In this document: in pieces, positions 25,850-39,707 of the stretch
How the letters are laid out: each line of letters starts with the position of its first letter
How positions within the stretch are numbered: the stretch's first letter is position 1
From: Octopus sinensis
Lineage: Eukaryota
NCBI RefSeq assembly: GCF_006345805.1
Contig: NC_042999.1
Span: 18,662,001 to 18,726,000 of the forward strand
Reading direction: 5' to 3'
Length of the DNA: 64,000 bases
The notes under the pieces: model-generated
Seen by the model: the letters and a program-made list of their open reading frames with translations, nothing else
Database searches by the model: none
Told to the model about the DNA's origin: nothing
Made by a program: the position numbers and the translations under genes

Positions 25850-26010
25850 ACCACACGAGAATAAAATTAACTCGCAAGTGACTGAGTACTCCACAGACAT
25901 ACATAACATTACCGTAATTCTCAGGATGTGACAAGGCTGGTCCCTTTCAATTGCTACAAATCATTTTGGAAGCTGAGTGGGCTGGAGCACGATAAACCTT
26001 CAATTGTTTG
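25850..26010 (-). mobile_element. 3' part of a CORE-like SINE with tail T3
   Basis: AGCTGAGTGGGCTGGAGCA (CORE-like, reverse) plus GTGACAAGGCTGG and CACAGAC tail blocks shared with 4332-4420. Confidence 0.55.
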
Positions 26011-26039
26011 GACGAAAACGAGGTCCTAACAGCGGCATT

Positions 26040-26183
26040 TGTGAGTCTCAGAGAGTTGGAGGCCAAGTCCCCAGATAATCTTGACAACTGATATTGGTGT
26101 GTTTGCGTCCCCATAATTTAGCTGTTCAGGAGAAGAGACTGATGGAATAAGCACCTGGTGCCATTTTCTTCGACTAAAGGATG
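26040..26183 (+). mobile_element. family D SINE 3' fragment
   Basis: CTTGACAACTGATATTGGTGTGTTTGCGTCCCC..GAATAAGCAC..TTCGACTAAAGG. Confidence 0.65.
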
Positions 26184-26186
26184 GTT

Positions 26187-26441
26187 ATACAGTTCTATAT
26201 TTCAGAGATGAATTATATACGTTATTTACATTATTTACATTATTTACATTTGACGGATATTTATCCTCACCTTGTTTGTTGTTATCACAAAGTTTCGTCT
26301 GATATACCCTCCAGCCTTGTTCAGGTGTCTTGGGGGACATTTCTAACCTGTTTTCTCCTTCCTAGGGTACTTTTCGACGTTATTATTATTATTATTAATA
26401 TTATTATTATATTATTATTATTATTATTATTATTGTTGTTG

Positions 26442-26473
<32 letters not shown>

Positions 26474-26577
26474 GTTGTTGTTGTTGTTGTTGTCATGTCA
26501 CTACTACCTGGAATCGAACTCGGAATCTTGGTGATAGTAGCTGCGCTCTTAGCCACTAAGCCATATGCACGTGGCCC
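26187..26577 (-). mobile_element. tRNA-headed SINE-like element carrying a hammerhead ribozyme
   Basis: Minus strand: A box TGGCTTAGTGG, B box GAGTTCGATTCC, (AAT/AAC)n linker, HHR at 26284-26330, tail ending in (GTAAATAAT)n repeats; inverted tail copy at 26579-26662. Confidence 0.7.
26284..26330 (-). ncRNA. degenerate type I hammerhead ribozyme motif
   Basis: AGACAC-CUGAACA-A-GGCUG-gagggtatat-CAGAC-GAAA-CU-UU-GUGAU; lesions are G8C, one stem II mismatch and ACUU instead of ACGU. Confidence 0.65.
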
Positions 26578-27841
26578 TAAACTTTGTGTTAACAAGAAAC
26601 ATGACGAGGACAAATATCCGTCGAATGTAAATAATGTAAATAATATAAACATAGAACTGTATCTCATAAGTACTTTAGTATCTCAGTCCACATTATAATT
26701 TTACACTGCGCCATGTACTTCATGACAGGTAAAACGTTCAACATGTCTAGTAATGTCCTTGATTCTGAGCCGTCTTTTTAATTTCCTTCAAGTCTGTACA
26801 CATAACAGTTGTTTTTTCTAAGGGCTTAGCGTCACACCTTGTAATCATTATTTCAGTGTTACAAAGATTTTGTAAGTCTTTAGGATAACAGACATATTTT
26901 AGTTGTAAGATGTGTAGTAATGCCGACTGGGAAATATTCTGTTGCTTGGCTACGTCGCATTACCTTTCTGACATCATTTTCGAAAGAAACTCAAGTGCTC
27001 ACTTTAAAGTTACCAGCAACATTTGGAAAATAAAACGAATTAATAATTTCGAGCTTCACGTCACCTTTACTTAACGACTCTTGTGTATTTATGCTGCCAT
27101 TAAATCTAACTAATAAAGCCAATATTTGTTATTACATCAATAATTTTCTGCCATGTGTCATATGAAGGAGAGACAGAGTGTTTTCATTTATTTTACTGCG
27201 ATATTTTCTTTTTCCTATAGATGTTATTTTCTCCTCTTGTCGTATTATTACTTTAATTTTTGTTTCCTTTTCACCTATTTTTGGTAATTTTTTGTTTTCA
27301 TTTTGAGCAGAACATTCGTTTTAATTTCAAGAATAGTGATATAGTTTCATGCTGGCTAATTCCTTGATAAGTAGAAATATCAGTAAATCAAAGATAACGT
27401 TTGAAATTGTTTTCTCTTACGTTAATTTTTCCTCTTAGATATTTCCTTCATTAACGATGGGGATTATATATTATAATTAACGTTCTGTATATAACAGCAT
27501 GGTGGATTTCTAACGTGTTTACTTAGGTTTTACCTTCCCAGAAAACGTAGTTTTAAATTTCCTTCAGGTTTTATTTACTACCTACAGTTCGTAAAAACAG
27601 GAGCAACTATATATGACGAATATTTTCTTTTCGTGATTTCTTGGCTGTTATTCTTTCCTGTCTCTGCTTCAGATGTTTTTGTTTCTTCATATATACTCAG
27701 TTCTGTCATTTCCAAATTTTTGCTAAAATTTCTATCAATTTAATGTTCTCTCCTAAAAGCATTATATTTTCCTTTTTATTCAGGACATGCTTCTATTGTG
27801 TATATTACGATCACATCTATTTTTCATAAGCGTCTTATAAC

Positions 27842-28148
27842 TGGAGGCGCAATGGCCCAGTGGTTAGGGCAGCGGACTCGCGGTAGCAGGATCGTGGTTT
27901 CGATTCCCAGACCGAGCGTTGTGTATATTTATTGAGCGAAAACACCCAAAAGCTCCACGAGGCTCCGACAGGGGGTGATAGCGACACCGGTTGTACTCTT
28001 TCGCCACAAATTTCTCTCACTCTCTCTTCCTGTTTCTTCAGTAACGCTGCAATGGACTGGCGTCCCGTCCAGCTGGGGTTAACACATACGCCACAGAAAT
28101 CGGGAAACCGGGCCCATGAGCCTGGCTAGGCTTGAAAAGGGCGACGTT
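27842..28148 (+). mobile_element. tRNA-SINE family C with tail type T2
   Basis: Family C head and body, then a different tail GCAATGGACTGGCGTCCCGTCCAG..CAGAAATCGGGAAACCGGGCCC. Confidence 0.85.
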
Positions 28149-28347
28149 TATCGTTTTTTATCTTGTAACTATATTAGAGTTTGTTCTATTTTGTGATTTA
28201 CTTGGTTATATATGACTCTGATTTTCCGTTCACATACTCCATATATTAATTAAATTGTATCGATTGATCTTGCATACATGACATCATTTCCGCTACATAT
28301 CTGAATGTTGTATTGTTTTCATTTTAAGTATATGGTTTCAATTCATA

Positions 28348-29190
28348 TACAAGGTGTCCAACTTTATTTTGTCCTGCCAAAAATAAAACTAACGCAACGT
28401 GAAAAAATCATTTGGGTGTAATCTGACGTCAACGTACATAAGCATGCTTGAAAATCTTCTCGTTGTTAGGCCGCATTAGTTCGTGGCTGTTACAACTAGC
28501 GTAACAGCCGCGCTGGTTGGATTACATTTTCACCGAACTCATCCAGCAGCCATATTCCATCAGGTTTCGACACAAGCCTGTTGATGCTCAAGGTCAAACC
28601 ATTCAAAAACATCACTATGCCTTTGACGATGATACTATAAGCAAACCTCAGATCGATGAATGGTATAACAGCTTTAAACATATCCACACTTTAGTGGAAA
28701 GCGAGCCATGCTCAGGTAGGCCATCTACAAACCGAAACGTGGAGCTGATTGAGAGAGGTCGGCGAATAGTCATGGAAGACACTCGTATACGTATCCGGGA
28801 AATCGTTCATAAGGTGGAATAAGAACAGGATCACTGCATTCCATTTTAACGGAAAATTTGTACACGCGGAAAATGTCGGCAAAATTCATCCCCAGGGTGC
28901 TGGCAGATCATCAGGAACATGGCCGCATGGCCATCTTTCAGGATATGTTGTACTGAACAAACCACAGCCCAGACTTCATGAGGACTCTCATTATTTGTGA
29001 GGAGATATAGTTGTATGGTCTCAGCTTGTTGGGTTCTTTATGTTGTGCGACGAGAATTCCACGAGTGCGCACTACACGTCTGTACGGGGCCAATTGGTGC
29101 GAGAACTGAATGGTGGTGTCACCTCTCATACAAATAATTTTTTGAACATAGCATTACATTTGGCCGATGCATTTTTGAACGCACCTCGTA
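28348..29190 (+). mobile_element. internally deleted mariner element
   Basis: ORF 28517 gives ..EWYNSFK..VESEPCSGRPSTNRN..IVMEDTRIRIREI; downstream SAKFIPRVL and PDFMRTLII; right TIR TTTTTGAACGCACCTCGTA; left end TACAAGGTGTCC. Confidence 0.75.
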
Positions 29191-29452
29191 TTTTCTGAAG
29201 ACACGGAGGGGATGCTCTGCTTTAGTATATCGTTTATGAATCAAATTCTGAGAGCATACTCACAGCTTAGAAATGGGAGAAATGACATGTATTATATTTG
29301 TATTGCTTACGACATGTTCGATGTGTAGGGAGAACGTATACAATGGTGATACAATATATGTTCCATTAGTGTGTTTATGTATTATGTTTAATCTGTAGCT
29401 AGTGCAAAAAGTGGATGAAATGAGAAGCAAAAACATCTCAGTTTGTCAATGC

Positions 29453-29638
29453 ACTGTGTACACAAATATATTTCAATTTTTAAAAATTATTTCTAAATGT
29501 ACGGTGTACACAAATATATTTCAATTTTTAAAAATTATTTCTAAATGTACGGTGTACACAAATATATTTCAAAATGTTTGAATTATTTCTCAATATACTG
29601 TGTACACAAATATATTTCAAACGTTTTCAATTATTTCT
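29453..29638. repeat. 48-bp minisatellite, about 3.9 units
   Basis: Units start at 29453, 29501, 29549 and 29597 with constant GTGTACACAAATATATTTCAA. Confidence 0.9.
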
Positions 29639-30016
29639 TGGTTAATTCATATATTTCTGTTAGATTTAATATTAGATTCAATTGTGGAAACTTGAACTTA
29701 GAACGTAAAAGCGGACGAAAAGCATTTCGTCTGGTTTACTGCTTTCACTACATTCAATGTTAAACAGCTTCCATTAATTCCTTCCAAGTAACTACTGCAC
29801 TAAATGCATTACCTCCTATGGAACTAGAAATAAAGCTTTTGCAAACGTAGTGATGCTTACTGTCGACATTTATATTTTATATCTGATATCGTTTTAGCAG
29901 TTCAACTCTTTCGTGTGTAGCATATGAAGGATTGTGCTTCGGAGTTTATATTTTACAATCTATGCAGTTTACGTTTTGTTACATTCATTAAAAGTAATTT
30001 TGCCCAATATCAGATG

Positions 30017-30296
30017 TCACGTGATCACATGACCGACCAGTCCATCAGATGTAGTTACACATCGCTGGTCACAATGCGTTCGCATTGTTTTAGCCTTCGA
30101 ATGAAGCGAACAGAAGAAAAAGTGGGAGAAAGAGTGGTGAAAGAGTACAGCATGGATCACCACCCCCTGCCGGAGCCTCGTGGAGCTTTTAGGTGTTTTA
30201 GCTCAATAAACACTCACAACGCCCGGTCTGGGAATCGAAACCGCGATCCTACGACCGCGAGCCCGCTGCCCTAACCACTGGGCCATTGCGCCTCCA
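30017..30296 (-). mobile_element. tRNA-SINE family C with tail type T1
   Basis: Reverse complement matches 9311-9606, including the tail TTGTGACCAGCGATGTGT..CACGTGA. Confidence 0.88.
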
Positions 30297-31995
30297 CAGA
30301 TATATGCGTGTATATAGTTGTGAGATGTGGATAACAATACTAAATGCCGTGTTAATGTATCGACGAATCGTGACAAAGAATTAGCAAATTTTGCGAGTTA
30401 ATCTCTCGGTTAGTAGGGATATTGTCATCTATATTGATTTCAAATTTAGATCTAGGCTAACATGCCGAATGTGCAAGAGGTTCATTATCAGATTTATTGA
30501 TGACTTCTTATCAAGAAATGTAAATGAGCCAACTTTGACATAGAAATTACAAAGGGCGCTTATAGTATCAAACAATGGAGGAGTATCTAATAACCGTAGA
30601 TGCCAAACATGCATTAATTGGCATAATGTGAAACATTAAGAGCAACATTCCGCGATTGAATGACAAATTTGTTACATTTAGCGGGAAAACAACTCAAGCA
30701 CGAATTATACCACACATACACCATCGAAATACACACCCAGTAATCATGAGTAGAATTCCACTAGAGCCCTCCTATGCTGGGTTTCACATTCACCAAAGTA
30801 CCCCTGTTAGGTAATCACTTAAGGATTAAATCTCCTCAGATCAAGTAAGTATTTCACCTCTCAAAAGCTGCTGGTAGCCTATAATGTCAAGTGAACTATG
30901 AAATACGGATCTGTAACCGCATCTGAGTCGGAGTTATTGTTTTGAATCATATAACCTGAAACGCAACTCATATATATCTTCTGGACTATTTGGAATTTTA
31001 ACATTAGTGGACTCGCCCCAGCCTCATGAATACACATTTGTCTCCCTCACCTTTTATAATTCTACGAGAAACTGTACCGCTCAGGCATCCGATAACTTTT
31101 CGGCATTGCAATCTTTCTTAGTCTTGCGATGTTTCAACCTCTCAGTACATACACAGAAATATATTCATACACTCAGATATTCTTATATATGTATAGTTTT
31201 ACATACAACACAAATAATGCATATATAGTGATTGTAATAATGGAATAAGCAGATATGTTTCAATAGGAAACAGCTGGAATAAATACCTTTTTAATTATGT
31301 ATGTGTCAATTAATGAATGGATTCATGAGAACATTAGGTTAATTAAAAGGTGTTTCTGGCATATTTCAGATTTACGCTTTATCATGCCTTTCCGGAACCT
31401 CGGTCCTTTGGAATGAAATAGTTTTCCTAATCTAGTATTTTTTTGCATGCGTTGAATTGTGACAATTTCAACGGCACATAAAGTCTGAGTAATTCTATTG
31501 AGAATGGTCTGTGAAAACTGAAAATTTTCTTTTTCCAGATTCATTAAGTACAAATGTAGTATGACAACCAAAGATATTTGTTCTTCTTGCATATTTCTAA
31601 AAATTTCTAATCATAATACTTAACTGATCCTATCAAATTTAAGAAAAAATATATAAACTCTATGAGTTTGACAGCTTCTGAAGACGATGTGTAATTTTAT
31701 TTTACTTTCTGTATCTAAGGCATTCAATACACATTATTTCAAATTTAAAATGGTGAAGCTATAAAACAGGATTCCGATGGATAGCGACTTCACACCAATT
31801 ACCTTTTTCCTTCAGGTGCCTTATGCGCAAGTGCATGAAGTATGTGCATAGAAGTTGAAGAAGGAATGTAAAATGATATTGTTAATATAAGAGAATGCGT
31901 TAGTGGGTAATATCACTTGTATTGTTAATGTACTGAATAACAGAATGAAGGACACATTCCATTCCAATTTCGGAGCATGTGATTTTACCTTTAGC

Positions 31996-32460
<465 letters not shown>

Positions 32461-33361
32461 GTATACCGTTCATATTTCTATATATCTATTTTCCTATTTT
32501 GTTTTAAACATGACATAACAGACAGAAAAATGCTTTTTAGGCGAAAACAAACATCAATTAATTTGAGAGGAAAACTGCACAGAAGCTTATTTTACAGAAT
32601 TCTTCAGGCAGTGATGTAATTAAAATGCTATTTCGACAAAGACGTTGAAGCAATTTTGCTCTCTTGCAGTAAGGCCTCACTGCTAACAATTTGAAATGCA
32701 GAAGATCAGGATATCACACTACTTTACGAAGTATAGTTACACTTTATTTTCCAAAGCGAATATCTGATTAATGGCTAAATGCATAGATGAAAGCTGCCTC
32801 TACGGGTAACGCTAACTCCCTTCTAAAATATGTATTGAAGCTGCAAATCATTTTTACGTTTATGGGGACAAGAGAAGCATATTTTCTACTTGTTAAGGAT
32901 AATCCATTGGAATGCAATTTTATATCTAATAGTACGACTAGCTTTGGAAAACAGTAAGAATGATAAAAGAGGGTGATTGGTCAGCATTCAGTACAAAACA
33001 GATTGTATATAATGTACCCCTTCTGACGGTAAGTGTAGAGATTGATCCAGGAGAATGATACATCGAATAATTGTTCTTTAGGATATCTATTCTTTAGAAT
33101 GAGCGTTATTGACTCGAATAAAGTGAGAATATTTTAGGTCAAACATTGGTTTATTGGAATAACTAGTCTAACGTCTCTATTTTTTTAAAACAATATTCTT
33201 TCTTTCGATTTTTAGTAATTTCTTCGCTTTGTAAATGCATTTTATATGTATCAGATTTCTTAGAAATTTTTACCGAGTGGTTTGGATTTACTATCTAAGC
33301 TCTGGAGGTCATATAACTTGTAAAGTAACCATGAAATTCATAATTATTATTTAGGTTTCAT

Positions 33362-33591
33362 ATTCCTATACTGCCCACAAAGGGCCACACACAGGGGAGA
33401 CAAACAAGGACAGACAAACGGATTAAGTCGATTATATCGACCCCAGTGCGTAACTGGTATTTATTTAATCGACCCTGAAAGGATAAAAGGCAAAGTCGAC
33501 CTCGGCGGAATTTGAGCTCAGAACAGAGTAGCAGACGAAATTCTGCTAAGCATTTTACCCAGTGTGCTAACGATTCTGCCAGGTCGCCGCC
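33362..33591 (-). mobile_element. tRNA-SINE family A
   Basis: Reverse complement of the family A head, core and tail. Confidence 0.85.
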
Positions 33592-34304
33592 TATTATTGA
33601 GATTTCTGAGGTGTTTATGCCTGCATTCTTAACTTAGACGAATAGATTTCTTCTTTCATTCAGTTGTTTCATCTTGCTGCTCAACTGTTGTTTTTATTTA
33701 CAAGTATTATGTCTTATAAGTTTCTAATAATCGTGTACAGCTATTGCGAAAAATATAATTTGGCTTCAGCACTGAAACAAGATTTGTTTTTAAAAACTCC
33801 CTATATACGCCTTGCAGATTCAGTTAAGTTTTCCTCCTATCATGCATTAATTTTCATCGATATGTAATTCATGCAAAATTGTAGTATATTTCTAACCAAT
33901 CAGTGAGTGAACGTTTTTAGTATTATGCATCCATATCGGGAAATCAGTTCTATCTTGTCTATAGATTTTGTAATCATCGGGGATTTGAGGCTTCCAGTTT
34001 CTGCATGCCGTGCACAGAAATATGATTTTTATTAGTTACTATTATATTAAACTGATTGATGTTATATATGTTGGCAATACGGCTGTTGTTATTTTGCTGC
34101 TGGAGAATTTTCCCTAGGGTTGTAAGTTTATTGATGTTCCTTTCAAATGCATTCCTCTTTGAAGAATCGCTAAATTTTTTTTGTAAGCTTTTTGACCGCG
34201 ATATGGGTTCCTGGGATTATTTGTTTCACTATTTTAAACTCTAGAATCTTTTCCCTTTCATTGTTACATTTAATATATATATATATTTAATCTAAATATA
34301 TATT

Positions 34305-34359
<55 letters not shown>

Positions 34360-34486
34360 ATATATATATATATTTAATTTCACTTTAATATATATGTATA
34401 TATATATGTATATATATGTATATGTATATATATATAATATATATATATATAAATTTCACTTTAATATACATGTGTATATATATATG

Positions 34487-34522
<36 letters not shown>

Positions 34523-34829
34523 CGTATGTCTGTATGTATACATATATATATAAATATATATTTAATTTCACTTTAGCTAGTCCTGTCAATCTATTAAAAT
34601 ATCTGTGTTACGCTAGTATTTCCGCATGTATTGTTCAACTCTTTTGTATGTCCTTTCTCTGCGCTATACGTTGCGTACACACACGAGGAGTGACAAAACG
34701 TATCACGTAGTATTATTCAGGCATTATCTCTTTGACTACTGACTGTATTATGTTATTCAACGTTTTTCAGATTCCGATTGGTAGCTTTTAAAAAGTTGAT
34801 TTGCATGAGCAGAATTTGTCTTGTTAATT

Positions 34830-36000
34830 CCTATAGGGTTGGAGAAATCTCTTGATCTCTTGTTACATATTATTGCCATACTTTGTTTCATATGTAGCTT
34901 TAAAAAACCAGTTAGCGCTTCCTTGTTGTAAATGTTTCATTTATTCTGAAGTGTGTGGGTTCATAGCTTCTTATGTATAGATTATTGATCATACGTTTAC
35001 TGAAAGTGGTTATTCATAATATTATCAATATGGTTTGTTTTGTGGCTTTCGTATTTACTTTCAAAATCTTTTTTACAAATGCTCTTCTTCGCATCTATGT
35101 TTGAATGGGAGCAACAATTTCACTTGTAGATGTTTTCAATATGTTCTGTTGTGTGTTGTTAGAGTTACAGCGCTTTTCGTCCAATTAACCGAATATGGAA
35201 CTCTCTCTGTGATGATATTTACGAGTTCTTTAGTTCTCTTATCAATTATGCTGCATTGTGCGATGTGATTATTTCATTGAATTATACAGTTTATATTGCT
35301 TTCTTGGAGTCTCCAAGTTATGTGGCATCTTCACCGAATATTCTATCTATGTTCATCATAAGTTTTCTAACTCTATTCTTTTCTACATTACATTTTATGG
35401 ATTGTTTCCTATCATCAGTTGTAACATTACCACTTGGTCAAACTCCATTTATGATTTAAGGTTCAAACAAAGCGATTGCAAATTGAAAAGGCTAAAAAGT
35501 TGCCTTTTTATTATAAAATTCATCTCACAGTAAAAGCGCTAATTCCTTTTAACGTATATTGCACTCTACTTTCATTTTGGTACTTCTTCGATTCTAATGG
35601 TATGGGTCATACAAGAATCCTTTGCACTGTTATAAGTTGCCATAAAATCTAAGATTTGATTAACTAATTGCAATTAATTTGTTTTCAAAATATCTTAAAT
35701 ACTGTTTACGGAGTGTATACATATATTACACGACTTTATAGCATGTACCTAAGGTATCAGTGATTTGTTTTTATAGTATGACTCTTTCCATGTTCTATCC
35801 ATTTCATTTTCAATGTCAGATATCTTTAGGAAGCTGATGCTTTTGCTGGAGAAGAAACCACGCATACCAAGCTTCTGTGTTTGATTTCAACAAACTTCGT
35901 AGTACGATGAAATTTATTACCGATAATATACCTCAATTTATTTTGAGATGTCTTTTCAAATTTCTTATAGTCTTGCCACTCTTAGACATTTCAACATGTG
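34830..36000 (-). pseudogene. possible very old R4/Dong-type LINE ORF relic
   Basis: Fragmentary minus-strand peptides (QFAIAL, NIDRI) only loosely resemble the RT thumb region; many stops. Confidence 0.25.
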
Positions 36001-36075
36001 TAAGGTGTGTGTTCATAGTTCTGATTTTGATGTTTTTATTTTATTTGCATTGAACGTTCGTAATATCCTAGCTAA

Positions 36076-36255
36076 GGCGTCGGGCTGACAGAAATGCCAG
36101 CATGCCGTCTTCACGTCTGAGTTCAAAATTCCGCCGAGATGGATTTTGCCTTTCATCCTTTTGAGTCGATCAAATAAGTACCAATTGAGTACTGGAGTCG
36201 ATGTAATCGACTTATCCTCACACTGAAATTGCCGGATTTTTCCAAAATTTGAAAT
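36076..36255 (+). mobile_element. family A-core SINE with alternative tail (A') and a deletion in the head
   Basis: TGAGTTCAAAATTCCGCCGAG..TTTGCCTTTCATCC..GTCGATGTAATCGACTT, then ..CCAAAATTTGAAA tail. Confidence 0.7.
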
Positions 36256-38955
36256 CAATAATAATTACCGAACTGAGCTTATCTTTGAACGGCGGTTTCA
36301 TAGTGGTTTTGGTGTTGGTTATGTTGACGCCATAAGTGTATGGTTAACTGGGTACTTGGCAATAAAGGGATTGCTTTTATGATCAATATGATTACAAAGT
36401 AAATATACAATATGTGTCTACTTTAAACACAGGAATAGACATAATCTAGTGGATTTCTCAGAGCGGGCATAGGACTGTATCTAATCAGTATATTACCAAC
36501 TATTCGCATATTACTGACATTGATCATGAAAGATTTATAAAACTTATAAACCATTCAGATTATCAATCAACAGCATGCAACACGTATAAAATACCACTTT
36601 TATATCAACGAATGAAAATAATATTAAGAGATAATTCAATATTGTTCATCATTTTACATATCTCTTTAGATTTAAGTTCATCCGTTGCCTGTATTGATAT
36701 GTCAAATTATGCCCTTTAAAAATGATTTTGTTTTTATTGGATAAATATGCACTGATCGGGAGGTGGTAAATATACATAAAATATATTATATTTGAACTTA
36801 TTGAAGTGTCTCATAGCATCACTATCATCTTTGTTTCTTCCTTTTACATTGTATTCCGTGGTGTTTGATATGAAGTGCCAAATACCTATATTATATGGCA
36901 TGTTTTCTTAGCTGTCAACTATACATTTCTTGTTCTTTTATAAGATTAGAACAATAATCGTTACAAAATATATCAAAATAGCTATTTCCATATCTCTGAA
37001 TCCCTAAACGAGAAACTCGATGCAAAATATAATTTGGGTTTTTGAGTTACTTCCTTTCCATTCAAAGCGTGATGCGCATCACAATTGACATTTTATTTGA
37101 TCTCGTGGGCATCAACAATATATTTACTGATATCTAGTAAACATTTGTGCATATTCATAAATCAGATCGATTGACTTAGCATCCGTCAGTTACAAACAGG
37201 ATTGCTAGAATAATTATCGTATATATATTAATTTTTTCCGATACGTAACGTTTTCCACATTACACAGATATGTTTGGCTATCAAATACACTGCCGAAAAT
37301 AAATTTAAGACCGATGATAAAAGTTCTATATCTTACAAAATATTTTGTTACTAACATCATACACATTATTTTTATCGTTTACACCTTATGCATAATTTAT
37401 TTCTCTTGGAATGATGTAGACAATAACTATTTTTATACAACTTGAAGAATTCTAATGCTAAATTAATATTAAACGTTTCAAATTTACCGGCAAAATTAGT
37501 TTTGTATGGTGTTAGTAACAAAATATATCGTAAGAAATAGAACTTTTATCATCGGTCTTAAATTTATTTTCGCCAGAGTATCTTCAAATAGTATTACTTT
37601 GATGTGATTAAATCTTAAAGCCATCATCTAGTTTAAATCTCAAATGCGTCATACCGGTGGTTCAACTGTATCTTAATGAAGAATGTTTCAATGAATAAGT
37701 CTGATTTATCCTTCAGAAGATTCTGATGTTACGTAGTTTAATTCATCATTTAATTTAGCTTCGTAGGATTAATGGGAATATTTTTTGCACATGAGCATTA
37801 AAAAAGTATTTCACCGAAGAATCATCTATTTCTATGAATCATGTTTTGATTTCACCGGTATTACATTCGCCGATGTAATTCAAGAAAAAGTTCGATGAGG
37901 CTATCTACCAAGTTGGATTTGGTTCAAATTTTAAGACAGTCTTCTATATAAAGTTTGTATCTTTCCTTAAAATACAGTAAGTATTAACTAAATGGGTGGA
38001 ATTATTTAGTAACATTTTCCTTGTATATCTCATAACATATAGTCGAAGAATGAGACCAACAACACAAATAAAAATAATTCTGTAATTATCGTCTGACCCA
38101 CTGAAAATGCTTTGCATTATTGAGTTTATAACATTTCAGGTTACAGGAAATGTGGTTTCTCGGTTATTGACTGGTTTTGCTGCTGTAAATGTCGTTACAT
38201 CTCGTCCATATCATAAATAGATATTTCTTTATGCAATAAATTTTGCATATAACTTTAGTGATTTCTGCTATTTTCCTATAAAGCAATAATTTATAAGGTT
38301 TAGCTACGCTTTCAGATAACGTGTCTATAAACGGAGTTTTTACATCTGGAAATTTCAGTAAAGATATCTGTAACATAGCTATATCTATTGAATTGAATAT
38401 AATTGCAAGCAAAAATTTATTCCTTTTAAATATTCGTAAATAGAACATATAGGTTGAGAACAGAAGCAGTATACAAATGAATGCAATAAACCTGAAACTC
38501 TACAAATGTGAGTGGTGAGTTATGTAGCGTCACACAGACGTATCATGTGATAAATAGACGAATCAGACAAAATAGTGTGGCGTAGGTATGACACGAATAG
38601 CAAATGTTAAAACAAAACTAAAGTAAATATCGGCAGATTAATTAGATGAGAATATGAGTACTATGCAATTTAATATGAAGATACATTTAATTAACTTACA
38701 TAAAGATTCCGATTCTGTAATTTTGCACAACGTTAATTTTGATATCTTGCAAATGAACCGTATTATAAAATAATCGGCGATTCGGCATTTGTGAAAAAGA
38801 AATTAAGAATTAATTGTAATAGTGCTTGAAAATTCGATTCGTAAGAAAACTGAATTAATGACAATGGCCAAATATTGATCACTTCAAATAACCAGATGAA
38901 TAATTTCGCTGGGATGATTTACATTGAATTGGAATGAAGAGCAGTGTTGTGTGTA

Positions 38956-39035
<80 letters not shown>

Positions 39036-39099
39036 TGTTTATGTGCCTGTGAATGTATGTATGGTTATAACTAGGTAGAAAGACAGAAAGACGATCTGA

Positions 39100-39309
39100 T
39101 ATGTGTATGGCTGTTGTTGAGCGCGTGTGGGTGTGGATAAACAAATCTAAGATAATCTCATGGGAAATTGAATTGGAAATAACGAAATTAAAACTGCGTA
39201 TGTGAGCAATTATCAAAAGCGCATATCCCCGAGAAATAAATGCGGCTTTTATTTGGTTTAAACGAAGTAAAAATCGTTGCAGATTTTCAATGGATGAATA
39301 TATTGAGTA

Positions 39310-39310
<1 letters not shown>
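39100..39310 (-). pseudogene. possible Penelope post-RT fragment
   Basis: Peptide IYSSIENLQRFLLRLNQIKAAFISRGY resembles the PLE 'RICS...RL..LK..F..RGY' block. Confidence 0.4.
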
Positions 39311-39345
<35 letters not shown>

Positions 39346-39401
39346 ATTTATATATACACATACATACCGATACACACGCATATATATACATGCATATACA
39401 T

Positions 39402-39434
<33 letters not shown>

Positions 39435-39435
<1 letters not shown>

Positions 39436-39600
39436 TCACATTTTTTCTCTCCTTGTTTCTTTCTTCGTTCCTTTCAGTGGAAGAGCGTAGGCTCGAAACG
39501 TAAAATACTTTTTCAATTCCCGAGCGTTACACTAATCCATCTGCTTGTTTTCTACACCACCTGCCTTCGTCTTTTGTTTTTTATCGTGAATTCTCCCTAT
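39435..39600 (+). mobile_element. short HHR-bearing unit related to 13103-13290
   Basis: Pyrimidine leader, AGAGC-GTAG-GCTCGAAACGTA, tail with CCCGAGCGTT (compare TCCTGAGCGT), (TA)n on both sides. Confidence 0.55.
39471..39506 (+). ncRNA. degenerate hammerhead motif
   Basis: CUUU-CAGUGGA-A-GAGC-guag-GCUC-GAAA-CG-UA-AAA; stems intact, core mismatched at U4 and A6. Confidence 0.5.
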
Positions 39601-39707
39601 ATACAAACATATATATATATATATATATGTACTTAGTTGTGCTCATGACTTAGTGTTTGCTTCTTCCATGGGTATGAGTAAGTATCTCATTTACTTCTTT
39701 GCCACAT

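Noticed and set aside
29453-29638. CRISPR-like repeat/spacer appearance
   Set aside because: The variable halves are homologous to each other and partly identical, the context is eukaryotic and no cas genes are present; it is a minisatellite
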